A stretch of 64,000 nucleotides of DNA from the IMG/VR virus record IMGVR_UViG_3300027863_000003. The stretch is one strand, 5' to 3'. Of the stretch, positions 35,437 to 45,856 are shown one piece after another. Each line of letters opens with the position of its first letter. Position 1 is the stretch's first letter. Source of the stretch: an uncultured virus (IMG/VR IMGVR_UViG_3300027863_000003). Taxonomy: Duplodnaviria > Heunggongvirae > Uroviricota > Caudoviricetes. Below the pieces are notes generated by a model. The model did not search any database. It was not told the DNA's origin and saw only the letters and a list, made by a program, of their open reading frames with translations. The position numbers were made by a program, and so were the translations under genes.

Positions 35437-38005
35437 ATGCGAGGTGAAGCCGGCGTGCAATCCAACGGTTCAAAAGCTGCCGGCGCGCTTAATCATCAAG
35501 CCTGAAGTTGCCGTTGTCGCGCGCAACAAATCAATTACTTTCGCCGCATTTCTGTTGGATAACGGCATCGAAATACCATTGGAAACTGGCGTTCAATTCT
35601 TTTCTGCAACGCCGAACATTGCTGTAATCGGAGTTAATTCAGGTGTGGCCACCGGGGTTGCGCAAGGCATTGCGACAATAACAGCGCGTTACGGGCAATT
35701 AACGGCTGCGGCGCGGCTTGAGGTGCGCCAGAATTGCGTGGTGCCCAATCATTATGCGCTTATTATTGATGATTCAATTTCGATGGGGGCAAGCTTCAGC
35801 AACACTTTTCCGACCAAAATCCAATATGCGAGGGCTGCTGCGCAGGCGTTTTTGAATTGCCTTTCCAGCCAGGAACAAGTGGCCATATTCTCCGGGTTGG
35901 ATGAGTCAATCGGGTTCACGACAAATTCAAACAATCTTTCAGCCTTTGTTAAATCCATTGTTTGCACGGCAACAAAAACAAATCTGGCCGCCATGCTGGG
36001 CAAGGCGCGGGATGCGTTCGCGGCTGCCAATATCGCGGCATCTGGGCGCGTTTACATTCTGATAACTGACGGGTTCAATAATTTCGGCGATGATTTGGCC
36101 AGTTATGCCGCTTCAATTAAAGACGAAGGTTCGATTATCATGGTGTTGGGCTTGCGCAACTTTGGCGATAATTATGATTTGATGACGAGGGTGGCCAGTG
36201 GCGGGTTTTACCTCAACGCAATTCCAAATAATGAAGTTGAAGCCATGCAATGGCTGAATGGTTTGAAGGCATCCTTGTGCGGGGGCAATTGCTATTCTGT
36301 AGCGGGCAAAGGTACTATGCTGGCCGGCCAGCCGCAGTTGAATTATACGGGCTTCAAAAATTGGGATGTTATTTCGGGCCTTGTTGATTTAATCGGGAAC
36401 GGAACAAACCAGTTTTATGATTTTTTGCCCGGCAACGGTCTTTATGTTGACCTATGTGGCACCCCGCCAACATGGTCAGACCCAAGCGGGTGGGGCACTT
36501 TGAAAACCAAAGAATCGTTGATGGGTTGGTTGGGCGAGAATTACACCCTCACCGTCCGGCTGGCAGGCAACCAGCGGCAACCGCGCACTGATACTGTAAC
36601 AATTCGGGTTTTGGAAGAAAACGGGCAGGAAGTCGCCGCGAAAACTGTTTTGTTGGATTGGCTTGATGATTTCGCTGAATTCGAGCTTACATTTACCGGA
36701 GCAAGCCATCTTTTCAAAATTGAGATATCCGCAATGCCAATGTTAGGGGGGATAACTGTCTTCGGGCCTTTGTTGGATTCTGTGAAGCTTGTTGATAGCA
36801 ATGGGCAAGTGATTTTCTTTGACGACTTCGATTCAGAAAACCTTCATTTTATTCCGCCACAATGCGGTGATTCAATTGTTTTTGACCTGAACTACGGTTA
36901 TGTGCCGCCTGCCGATAATATATCTGGTATCTATCGGCTTACATACGACAATTACATGGTGGTGCGCAATTATGATTGTGGTTCTGGTTGCGGGTGCTTG
37001 GATTATTGGCCGCCGCAAAATGCCGACCCGAACCCAACCACGTTGATTGATTTTGAAACATCGCCGCCAGAACCGGTCACCTACTCATCTACGCGCACCT
37101 ACACGGCTTTATGCCCAGAATCCCCTGACCAATCCGTGACTGCCAGCGCGACAGCTACTTCATTGGTAAGCCAGGAAGATGCTGATTCAAAGGCGTTGGC
37201 CCTTGCCCGCCAGAAGGCTGAGGCTGCGTTATTAGGATTTTGCGTGCCTTCAATATCCAAGTTTTCTGGTTTACTGAACTTCGCCCTTGCCGGCGGCTAT
37301 TCGCAGAATGACAGAATCATTCATTACCAAGGGTACAATGGCAAAGTCGGCCCGATAACAACGCCTGACCCGAACCAAAAAGATATGGGGGATTGGGGCT
37401 ATCAATATGGCCCGCTTGTAGTTGGTGATTATGGCGATTATTGGAATCCAGGTTTGCCGCCGCCGTGTCCGCCTGCGTATGCCGGCTTGCCAGATGGATA
37501 TGGGAGCGGCTTTACAAGCCTGCGCGATTCAAAATTCAACTTTCTGCCGGGCGTTTATTTGATAATGCCAAGCGCGGCAGATTTCCTACTCAAGGCGACA
37601 CTGTACGCAAATTACCCAAACATCTTCCTGAATACACTCAAAATATATGCGCCCAATGGCTGTCTCAGTTTGGCGCCCAATAATTATCCATTCATGATTT
37701 ATGGCCTACCGGCGGGGATTTATGATGTGTATGTTTTTGGCAGGTTGATTGAGCCGGGCTTTGACCTCGGCGGCAAATATTCTTGGCAAGTCATTGATTC
37801 TGATGACAGTGTCGTTGCTTCTGGCGAGGCGATTGAATTGAACACGCCCCTGATACCTTACGGGCCATACCTCCAGGAAAACCATCATTACGCCAAATTT
37901 TCAGGCATTGTGATTCAAGCCGGTTACGCGCTCAAAATCATTAGCATGGCTATTAACGACTCGCTTAACTTCATAAACGGCATTCAAATCAAGAAACGCA
38001 TTTAA
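35408..38005 (+). CDS. multidomain tail/adhesin protein: Ig-like + vWA + beta-sandwich domains
   Basis: Big_2-like IAVI...GVATGVAQG-ATITA; vWA MIDAS DDSISM...T...LITDG; S-VSQEDAD-KA motif. Confidence 0.75.
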   Translation: MKLIQPDIHECEVKPACNPTVQKLPARLIIKPEVAVVARNKSITFAAFLLDNGIEIPLETGVQFFSATPNIAVIGVNSGVATGVAQGIATITARYGQLTAAARLEVRQNCVVPNHYALIIDDSISMGASFSNTFPTKIQYARAAAQAFLNCLSSQEQVAIFSGLDESIGFTTNSNNLSAFVKSIVCTATKTNLAAMLGKARDAFAAANIAASGRVYILITDGFNNFGDDLASYAASIKDEGSIIMVLGLRNFGDNYDLMTRVASGGFYLNAIPNNEVEAMQWLNGLKASLCGGNCYSVAGKGTMLAGQPQLNYTGFKNWDVISGLVDLIGNGTNQFYDFLPGNGLYVDLCGTPPTWSDPSGWGTLKTKESLMGWLGENYTLTVRLAGNQRQPRTDTVTIRVLEENGQEVAAKTVLLDWLDDFAEFELTFTGASHLFKIEISAMPMLGGITVFGPLLDSVKLVDSNGQVIFFDDFDSENLHFIPPQCGDSIVFDLNYGYVPPADNISGIYRLTYDNYMVVRNYDCGSGCGCLDYWPPQNADPNPTTLIDFETSPPEPVTYSSTRTYTALCPESPDQSVTASATATSLVSQEDADSKALALARQKAEAALLGFCVPSISKFSGLLNFALAGGYSQNDRIIHYQGYNGKVGPITTPDPNQKDMGDWGYQYGPLVVGDYGDYWNPGLPPPCPPAYAGLPDGYGSGFTSLRDSKFNFLPGVYLIMPSAADFLLKATLYANYPNIFLNTLKIYAPNGCLSLAPNNYPFMIYGLPAGIYDVYVFGRLIEPGFDLGGKYSWQVIDSDDSVVASGEAIELNTPLIPYGPYLQENHHYAKFSGIVIQAGYALKIISMAINDSLNFINGIQIKKRI

Positions 38006-38008
38006 AAG

Positions 38009-40567
38009 ATGAAATCAATATCCGTTGTTTGCGAGCCTTACAAGCACACTGGCTGGGGCAGGATTGGTGTTTGGTGCGTTGAACATCTCATTAAGAATGG
38101 CTGGCAAGTTTTCATCAAACCAACCAAGCCTGTTGTTGAAGATTGGCTGCCGGAATTGTTCAAGGGATTGATTGCTGACCCGCCTGCGGATGCAAGATGG
38201 GAACTCATAATCGGCCCGTTGAGCGTTCCGCCCGATAATCGAAAGCGAACGATTTACTACACCTGCTACGAGGCAACACGACTGCCGCCGTTGGCTGTTA
38301 AATTTCTCAATGATTGCGACGCTGTTTTGACAACAAGCAATTGGAACGCAACATGCTTCAGCGCGGCTGGTGTTGAAAAGCCGATTTACGTGGTGCCCCC
38401 CAAGATAAATCCGATTTTCAAACCGGCAGCTCCCGATAATGGGGGGCGTTATATTTTTGGTTGTGCCGCCAATCTTACCCACGGGGCACAACGCAAGGGT
38501 ATTGAGCAAATTATCAAGGCTTTCCAATTCGCTTTCCCATTGAAAATCTATTCGCCTGACCTACGGGGTAGCCCTCAATTGCAGGTTAAAATCTGGCCAT
38601 CTGGTGTCTTAAACAAGAAGGCTTTCGATGATAAAAGGATTGTATTCATTGAGGAAATGCTCACAGACGAGCAATTGCGCAATTGGTATTGGGGGTTGGA
38701 CGCATTTATCAGCGTTGCCACAGGCGGCTACGAAATGATGGCGGCTGAGGCACTGGCATGTGGGCGCCCTGTTATCGGCATTTTCTATGGGGGCCAAGCC
38801 GATTATCTTTGCGAATTCAACGCAATCTCAATACCGTATGAACTTGAACCGGCTGGTGAAATCTGGGCCGGGAACGGTTTATGGGCGAAGGCGAAAACCA
38901 AGGATATAGCATCCGCCATCCGCCAATACATGGTTGTACAACCCATGTTTGCCGGCTTGCGCCAAAATGATTCGGATAAAAGGCTGGCTGAAGCATTGGA
39001 GAAAATCTTCGGATATCAAAACCACAAATATGCCATTCAAGTGGCCAGGTGGCAGGCACGCCAGTTTTACCTTGGCGAATTGCGCAAATATGCTCCCAAC
39101 GGTCTCAATGACATCACAGTTGTGATTACAACGTGCCGCAGGCCGGATAAATTGACTGCGGCCTTTAATTCATGCCGGGCTGCTGGCGTTCGGAACCTTG
39201 TGGTGACGGCCAGCGCTGTGGATGCACAAACTCAGGCGGTTTTGGATTGGATAAAACGCGAAATGCCGGCGGCCATCATTACAGCAATATCTGATGACAA
39301 GGGGAATAATGAAGCATGGCTGCGTGGCGTTGAGGCCGCGCAGACGAAGTGGGTCATGCTGTTGCATGATGATGATTGCCTTTTACCAGCGTGGCGTTCT
39401 TTGGATTTTCATTTAGACGACAAGGCCGGCTTTTATCTTTGGGGATTTACCAAGCACGGGCTTGTTAACGATAAAACATCGGCGGCAATTCTCAATTCGC
39501 GCCCCGGCTTTTATCATTCGGATTGTCTTTGGCCATTTTTACTTACGCCTGGCAACCTTACTCTTTCTCCTGGGCTGGGCTTGTTCCGGCGCGATTTTCT
39601 CATAGAAACCCTGAAGGAAGCGGCAGAAAACCTGAACAAACCACAATTCATGAGCAGACCAACCATGATGGTTGGGAACGACTTGCTTATCTGGCTGCGG
39701 GCGGCTGAAAGGTACCGGCAATTTTACTACATCAACGATGCCCTTGTTTCTTTTGGCGATTGGGCAGGCTCAGAAACAGCCAGCCACGAGTATTCAGGCC
39801 AATTGGACAGGCTGATTGAATTCTACAAGCATACCAGAGATTATTATTTGAAGGCCGAGGGGGCAGAGTTGCTGAATGATTGCGTCATTGTCTTGCCGGC
39901 GCATATTGATGAAACCAACGAAAGGCGGGTTAAATTCGCGCTGGCTGAGTGGGGGAAAGTATCGAAATTGACTGGTTGGCCAATTCAATATGTTGAGGAT
40001 AGACAATTCGAGCGCGTTTTTGAGACGCCAAATAGCAGGGTTTTGTTTTATCTCAAGGATGTATTTGACTGGTTTTTCGAGGCTACCAAGCACCAAAAGA
40101 CGCTTATTTTTGGGAATAACGATAATGCCCCGGTATTGAGCATCGGCAATCATATCAGCATGTATTTGCCGAAGCACGGCGCCTTGTATTTCTGGAAACG
40201 GGATTATCCCATGCCCTTCGATGAGTTGGATGAGAGGCTGGTCAGGACATCAACGAGAGTTTCAGCGGGTGTTGATTTAGTTGCCATTACACCGGCCTGG
40301 TGGGCTGCCAATAGAGACAGGTACCCTGATATGCTGTATGGCACTGAATGTTGGGATTACATCATCCGTCTTTTGATTGATGAAACAGGCGGGAAAGGCT
40401 TGCAATGGCTGATTTACCATGAAGCCCATCAGATGGAGGTCAGTTTGCCTGAAACAAAACCCCATCGGGAACATAACAGGGCCTTGGCAAAGAAATTTTT
40501 GTTGGAACGCGGCATAAACCCGTATTGGGAAGATAAAAGCATGGCTGAAAAGCTGGCCCCCAGATAA
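38009..40567 (+). CDS. multidomain glycosyltransferase (GT4-like + GT2-like + third domain)
   Basis: RKG...EALACGRPVI (GT-B); VVITTCRR...LHDDD (GT-A). Confidence 0.85.
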   Translation: MKSISVVCEPYKHTGWGRIGVWCVEHLIKNGWQVFIKPTKPVVEDWLPELFKGLIADPPADARWELIIGPLSVPPDNRKRTIYYTCYEATRLPPLAVKFLNDCDAVLTTSNWNATCFSAAGVEKPIYVVPPKINPIFKPAAPDNGGRYIFGCAANLTHGAQRKGIEQIIKAFQFAFPLKIYSPDLRGSPQLQVKIWPSGVLNKKAFDDKRIVFIEEMLTDEQLRNWYWGLDAFISVATGGYEMMAAEALACGRPVIGIFYGGQADYLCEFNAISIPYELEPAGEIWAGNGLWAKAKTKDIASAIRQYMVVQPMFAGLRQNDSDKRLAEALEKIFGYQNHKYAIQVARWQARQFYLGELRKYAPNGLNDITVVITTCRRPDKLTAAFNSCRAAGVRNLVVTASAVDAQTQAVLDWIKREMPAAIITAISDDKGNNEAWLRGVEAAQTKWVMLLHDDDCLLPAWRSLDFHLDDKAGFYLWGFTKHGLVNDKTSAAILNSRPGFYHSDCLWPFLLTPGNLTLSPGLGLFRRDFLIETLKEAAENLNKPQFMSRPTMMVGNDLLIWLRAAERYRQFYYINDALVSFGDWAGSETASHEYSGQLDRLIEFYKHTRDYYLKAEGAELLNDCVIVLPAHIDETNERRVKFALAEWGKVSKLTGWPIQYVEDRQFERVFETPNSRVLFYLKDVFDWFFEATKHQKTLIFGNNDNAPVLSIGNHISMYLPKHGALYFWKRDYPMPFDELDERLVRTSTRVSAGVDLVAITPAWWAANRDRYPDMLYGTECWDYIIRLLIDETGGKGLQWLIYHEAHQMEVSLPETKPHREHNRALAKKFLLERGINPYWEDKSMAEKLAPR

Positions 40568-40569
40568 TC

Positions 40570-40598
40570 TTGACTGGCTTGGGAGCTGGCAGTATGTT
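40570..40598 (+). promoter_or_regulatory. sigma70-like promoter
   Basis: TTGACT-N17-TATGTT, 6 nt before the ATG at 40605. Confidence 0.4.
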
Positions 40599-40604
40599 CT
40601 GGTT

Positions 40605-40826
40605 ATGAGTCCGGTTAAACCAAAGGAACTCAGGCAATTAGTACCGGAAAGCGACGCCAGTTTGTGCGCCGTGCTTGTTGCTTTTCTGAAGTGGATGCTG
40701 TTGGTTACCCGTTGGTTTAATTATGCATTCGATTCCAATGGGGCGTTTACTACTCAATTCAGGAATGACCTTTGCGCCGATTTGATGGCCGGCGGGGGGT
40801 GCCATTCAAATAACAACGCGGATTGA
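40605..40826 (+). CDS. small protein consisting only of the shared N-terminal module
   Basis: P..L..L.P....LC...........F...G.F....C pattern shared with the next two genes. Confidence 0.65.
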   Translation: MSPVKPKELRQLVPESDASLCAVLVAFLKWMLLVTRWFNYAFDSNGAFTTQFRNDLCADLMAGGGCHSNNNAD

Positions 40827-40827
40827 T

Positions 40828-42261
40828 ATGCCAACGCCAATTTTACCAAAGATACTGTCAGATTTGAGGCCGCAAATGAAGTGGCGATTGTGCGACCAAT
40901 TCAAGGGCGGGCTTATTAACCTGATGGACAAGTACACACGGTTTTTTGAATGGATGTACAAGCAGGATGGGCATTTCTCAGATTCATTCCTATTTGATGT
41001 TTGCCAGCTTTCCTGTGCTCAAACAACTACGGGCGGCGATGATGGCACCCTAGCTCCCCCGCCTAATTTCAATGTAACCCCGACAAATGACGGCATTGAT
41101 GTGGACATTAACGTGCCAGATGCGCAGCCGGGTGATACTTACGATATTTACCAAAGCACAGACCCCAATAATTTCCCTGACACGCCCGTTGACAGCGGGA
41201 ACATACCGCCGGACGGCAACGTTCATTACAACGACCCCAATCCAGCAGAAGGCCCCAACTATTATCGGTTTGTCAGACATCGCCCAGGGTACCCCGACCA
41301 GATTCTCGATATGCCAGGCGTTGAAACCCAGCCCTGCCTCCCAGCGCAATTAACTGTCTCGGCGACCGAGCGCGATAGGCATACAATTCTCAGAGTGTCG
41401 CCGGGCGCAAATGCTGCCTTTTATGAGGGGCGCGTGGCCAGTGTTTACAACTACAATGATTCTGGCGATGAAAATTCAACATCCGCCTTGATAACATCAC
41501 ATTTAATAACAGCGACAGATGCCAGCAATGGATATTTTGAAGTTGATTTGACTGATGCATGGGGAAGGAATGCCGGCAATATCGTCCAGAGGATTTTGGT
41601 TAATCATTATCATGGTTTCCGTGTTGAAGTCCCGATGTCAGCCGAATGCCCGCCGGCTATTGGCAGAACCGTGACTGATGTTTTGCCGCCGCAAACGCAA
41701 GGATGCAGGCCAAGTATTATCGGTTTCTTTAATTCAACTTTTCGAGCTACCTTGCGGCTTACTGGCGCCCAAGATATATCGGATATATCTCAATGGCCTA
41801 ATTACACCGATATTGATTACAGCCCAGGTAATGCGGTTCAAATTAAAATTGTTTTGTGCCCGGATACGCTTTTGGAAATGAAAGTTGGTTTTTGGATTTT
41901 GAATGATGGAGTTATTGGAATGGGTTGCATGAGTAGTAATGAGATTTTAATTTCTTATCAGAACTTTATTGATAAACAGGATAATAACGGCAGCGGCGAT
42001 ATTTTCATTTGTGATGGTCTCACTTTGCTTTCTTTTGAATCACAAAATGGCAAGATTGAAAGCGGCAAAGCTGCCAATTTAACCTTAACACTCAGAGAAC
42101 CTTCTAATAAACCATCAGGCCTGCTTGATTATGCCTTTATGCAACAGTATGGCTCTATAACCATTTCAATAAAGAAATTAACAGAAGACCATTCTAATTG
42201 GCAAATAATAGATGAAAAGGTTAAGTATGTTATTGAATGGAGTTATGAGAGAGGCAATTAG
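40828..42261 (+). CDS. tail appendage protein: shared N-terminal module + FN3-like domains
   Basis: PPPNFNV...YDIYQS...YNDP...YYRF FN3-like pattern. Confidence 0.65.
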   Translation: MPTPILPKILSDLRPQMKWRLCDQFKGGLINLMDKYTRFFEWMYKQDGHFSDSFLFDVCQLSCAQTTTGGDDGTLAPPPNFNVTPTNDGIDVDINVPDAQPGDTYDIYQSTDPNNFPDTPVDSGNIPPDGNVHYNDPNPAEGPNYYRFVRHRPGYPDQILDMPGVETQPCLPAQLTVSATERDRHTILRVSPGANAAFYEGRVASVYNYNDSGDENSTSALITSHLITATDASNGYFEVDLTDAWGRNAGNIVQRILVNHYHGFRVEVPMSAECPPAIGRTVTDVLPPQTQGCRPSIIGFFNSTFRATLRLTGAQDISDISQWPNYTDIDYSPGNAVQIKIVLCPDTLLEMKVGFWILNDGVIGMGCMSSNEILISYQNFIDKQDNNGSGDIFICDGLTLLSFESQNGKIESGKAANLTLTLREPSNKPSGLLDYAFMQQYGSITISIKKLTEDHSNWQIIDEKVKYVIEWSYERGN

Positions 42262-42263
42262 TT

Positions 42264-43562
42264 ATGGCTTTACCAAAGACACCAAATGATTTGCGCGACC
42301 TGATTCCGAAATGGGGCTGGTCGTTATGCGAAAAGTTCATGGGAATTTTCCGATGGATAGAAGCTCTTTTGACAAATTACCGCTGGATGTTCACCGATAA
42401 CGGCATGATTGCCGGCGGGTTCTCATCGCTGCTTTGCCAGTTGCCCTGCCTTAATTATACGCCTGAAGATTGTCCTGAAGTTGTTTTCCAAAATGAAATC
42501 GTGCCCGCCAACCAAAAGGTTTATCTTAAAATCACGGGGATGAATGTCGGTTCAGGGTGGACGTACAAATTGTACCGTTCTCAAACACGGGGGCAATTCA
42601 ATGAGACCGATATTATTTCCACAGGCACAACGGGCGGGCCGGTTTTCAATTACACGGATACCGGCCTTACAAATGGCCAGACCTATTTTTACAAGTTCAC
42701 TGTTCAAAAGGAAAGTTGCAACGAATACTCAACCGAAATAAATGATGTAACCCCGACCCCATGTTTGCCGTCTAATGCTACTTTGGTTGTCGCTGTTCTG
42801 GCAACGGGGCCTTTCACCATTTTCAAATTCAATCCGCCGGCGAACATGCCGCTTGTTGAAGGCGCATCTTACACCCTCTATTTGATAACCAATTCAGGGG
42901 AATTACTGATTAAGAGCGACGTTGTCAATGCAACTGATGTGCAGAATGGCTATGTGCTAATTAACGCAACCGAAATAGCCCAGAACCCGCCAGCGGGGGT
43001 GCTCGGCAGTTATTTCGACGCTTATTTCGCGTGGCGCATCAAGTATGTCTATGATGCAACCTGCGCGCCGTTGGTTGGCAATTTCCAGGCTGATGTAAGG
43101 GCAACAGGCGGCGGACAACCGTGCCAAGGCTCGATTATTCTGGATGTTAGGCCGGCTACATCAACCATTTACGCGAAATCAACCTATGATTGCCCCCAAT
43201 ACAAGAATGAGATTCAAACAATCGTCAGTCAGGGGACGGTTGATGTTTATGTTGAACTTTGCCCTGATACCGTTGCGGTTGTAAGAGCCGGATGGGGCTT
43301 GAACACAATAATCCGCTACGATGCGCCAATCGGCCCGATAAGCGGCGGGCAATTGATTGATGCCGGCAGCGTACCAGATTCGCAAATGCGCAAGCTTGTC
43401 TTTCGCATAAACAAGACCACAACCGAAGTAACGAGGTTTGAGAATCTAGCCAATTTGGGTTTTGTTGAGGCGAAAGTGTTTTACCAGAATTTCCAAATCC
43501 GTTCCGACAGGGATTATGTTTTTGTGCAACAAGTGGAATATCAAAGCATGAATTGCAGTTGA
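42264..43562 (+). CDS. tail appendage protein, paralog of 40828..42261
   Basis: YKLYRS...YTDTGLTNGQTYFYK FN3-like; shared PCLP, ATD-NGY and LCPDT motifs. Confidence 0.7.
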   Translation: MALPKTPNDLRDLIPKWGWSLCEKFMGIFRWIEALLTNYRWMFTDNGMIAGGFSSLLCQLPCLNYTPEDCPEVVFQNEIVPANQKVYLKITGMNVGSGWTYKLYRSQTRGQFNETDIISTGTTGGPVFNYTDTGLTNGQTYFYKFTVQKESCNEYSTEINDVTPTPCLPSNATLVVAVLATGPFTIFKFNPPANMPLVEGASYTLYLITNSGELLIKSDVVNATDVQNGYVLINATEIAQNPPAGVLGSYFDAYFAWRIKYVYDATCAPLVGNFQADVRATGGGQPCQGSIILDVRPATSTIYAKSTYDCPQYKNEIQTIVSQGTVDVYVELCPDTVAVVRAGWGLNTIIRYDAPIGPISGGQLIDAGSVPDSQMRKLVFRINKTTTEVTRFENLANLGFVEAKVFYQNFQIRSDRDYVFVQQVEYQSMNCS

Positions 43563-43566
43563 GTTT

Positions 43567-45651
43567 ATGCGCAGATTTGTATCAATTGATTCGCTCGCCG
43601 GCCAGTTGGACATGGCATCGGCGCCCGGCCTCGCATATCAGAATACAGTCCGATACCGCCTCAATTTCACCCTTGATAATTACGGGAATCTCATGAGGAT
43701 GCCCGGCTGGAAAAGGTTGCTGCGCGATTCCGGCCATTTCAAAAACCAAGATTTGCATGACCAAATGCTGGATTTGATGGTGCACTATGAGGGCACCCCC
43801 TCAAAGCCAGAGGATGTTTTGACATGGCCCAATGCGGCCTGCGGCAGCGAATTGAAGCAGCGTAGAGCTGAGAAACAATTCATCACTGCTTTACACAGCG
43901 CCACGGATTTAAGCGGGGGCAGGCACTTGTTCGCGGCGACACAACAGGCCATCTACGAGTTAAACGAATACGCAGGCGAGTGGCGCATTTTGGGCGATGG
44001 CTTCGGCCCCAGTGGGGCGGACATGCAAACCCGCTTCGAGATTCGCAATATTGGTGATTGCGTGGTTTTCACAAACAACTTCGACAAAGTACTGAGCTAC
44101 AAAATTGGCAAGCCACATTATGGCTGTCAGATAACTGCCTTGGAGGAAATTGAGGATTTGTGGAAGATTTTGAAAGTTGAACGTGTTGCTGTTCTGGCCG
44201 CTTACAAGGGGTTGATGTTTTACATGAACGTTCACATGGACGGGCGCCGGTTTGCAAACCGCATTATTTGGTCAGACTACAACGTACCAATTTCAGTTGA
44301 CCCGGCCAAACAAGACAGCATTGCCGGTTACATTGACTTGCCGGCGGGCGAAGACATTTACAGCGCAGTTGAAATGGCTGGGGGGCTGTTTGTGATTACA
44401 AACAGGGGGATTTATTCTCTCGGTCTTACCGGCCAATCCGAAAATCCGGTTGGAGTTGATAGCGTTTACTTGCACGCAAATGGCCACAAATGCCCCGCAT
44501 ACAAATACTTAATCGCATCAACCGGCGAGCAAATCTATTACTTGGGGCGCGATGGCGTTTATGAGTATGCGCCGTGGTACAGGGAGCCGCAACTTGTCAA
44601 ATGGCTGACTGTCGCCGCGAAAAAGATGGTTGAAGAAATGCAGCATAATTCATGCGCCATGCATACTGCCGGATTCAATGCCAATACCGGCGAGGTCTTT
44701 TTCAGTTACATCAAAAGCTACCGGACATATCCAACATGGTGCTTTGTATTCAAGCCGGCGCAAAGTTACGCCTATTACTGCGATTATGGTTTCACGGCAT
44801 TCTGTAATCATTTGCCCGACCGCCGCATAACCGTGCAGGATTTTCTTTTGAGCAGAGCTATTTGTGACCCGGCCAATTTCAATTTCGTCAAGGAAGGCAT
44901 CCCGACTTACCAAAGAACAGCATCAACATCGCCGGCTTACATCATCAATAATGAAAAGATTGTTTTCGACGGGATGGAAATTGAGAATTACTTTTCGGCC
45001 AATGAAGCCTACCAGGATTCATTGTGCGCATCATTCGGTGACGCAGATTTTGAAAGTCAATTTTGCGCCGATTGCAATACGGGGGCAATATTCATCGGCG
45101 CATCTGCGTATGATAAAACCCTGAAGGAATTTGACCCCAAAATGCGCCGCGAATATCTGCTGGCTGAGAACGCGACACCACCCAGTACCAATGGCTTGGC
45201 CAGAGAAACAACGCAAGGCATTTATGAAAAAGGCGGATATAAATCAATTGTTACCATCGGGCCGATTGATTTTGGAGCGCCGATTGAAGACAAGTTGCTG
45301 ACGGCTTATAGGCTGAAGGGGTGCCCCATACCAGACACTTATCCGCCGGTTGACGCGGCTTTGCGGATTGGCACTTCGCATGTTGCCCTTGACCCGAATC
45401 AGGAAAACTGCGGTGTAACATGGCGGAACTGGATATTTGCGCCATTCCAATGCCCGCAGACGAGGACGGGCCAACAATATCAACAAGCGGGATTGGCTCC
45501 AGGTTACGACATCAGCCGAGGCCAATTGAACATCAAAGGGCAATTCATCTACATCCAATTAGCTTTGGGCGGCAAAAATAATGGCGAATACACCTATGCC
45601 TATGGCGGAAGCGGTTTTTTGACAGCCATCAACCTTGAGATTAAAGTATAA
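43567..45651 (+). CDS. tail nozzle / DNA stabilization-like protein (beta-propeller)
   Basis: LMRMPGW N-terminus, RIIWSD, IYYLGRDGVYEY; size and position typical of podovirus nozzle proteins. Confidence 0.7.
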   Translation: MRRFVSIDSLAGQLDMASAPGLAYQNTVRYRLNFTLDNYGNLMRMPGWKRLLRDSGHFKNQDLHDQMLDLMVHYEGTPSKPEDVLTWPNAACGSELKQRRAEKQFITALHSATDLSGGRHLFAATQQAIYELNEYAGEWRILGDGFGPSGADMQTRFEIRNIGDCVVFTNNFDKVLSYKIGKPHYGCQITALEEIEDLWKILKVERVAVLAAYKGLMFYMNVHMDGRRFANRIIWSDYNVPISVDPAKQDSIAGYIDLPAGEDIYSAVEMAGGLFVITNRGIYSLGLTGQSENPVGVDSVYLHANGHKCPAYKYLIASTGEQIYYLGRDGVYEYAPWYREPQLVKWLTVAAKKMVEEMQHNSCAMHTAGFNANTGEVFFSYIKSYRTYPTWCFVFKPAQSYAYYCDYGFTAFCNHLPDRRITVQDFLLSRAICDPANFNFVKEGIPTYQRTASTSPAYIINNEKIVFDGMEIENYFSANEAYQDSLCASFGDADFESQFCADCNTGAIFIGASAYDKTLKEFDPKMRREYLLAENATPPSTNGLARETTQGIYEKGGYKSIVTIGPIDFGAPIEDKLLTAYRLKGCPIPDTYPPVDAALRIGTSHVALDPNQENCGVTWRNWIFAPFQCPQTRTGQQYQQAGLAPGYDISRGQLNIKGQFIYIQLALGGKNNGEYTYAYGGSGFLTAINLEIKV

Positions 45652-45652
45652 T

Positions 45653-45853
45653 ATGGCTGACAAAACCATCATAGGCCCCCTGCGGCCAATTGAAGCAATA
45701 GGGCGCGGACGAGAATGGAAAGAAGACGAAATACCAGCGCCGCCTGAATTACCGGATGATGTGCTCAAACGCTTCCCAAGCTTGACAAAATGGCAGGAAG
45801 ATTTCAAGAATTATATGAAGAGAACGTTAAGCCAAATCACTGGCGGGAGATAA
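45653..45853 (+). CDS. small hypothetical virion protein
   Basis: ORF follows the nozzle gene. Confidence 0.55.
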   Translation: MADKTIIGPLRPIEAIGRGREWKEDEIPAPPELPDDVLKRFPSLTKWQEDFKNYMKRTLSQITGGR

Positions 45854-45856
45854 TTT

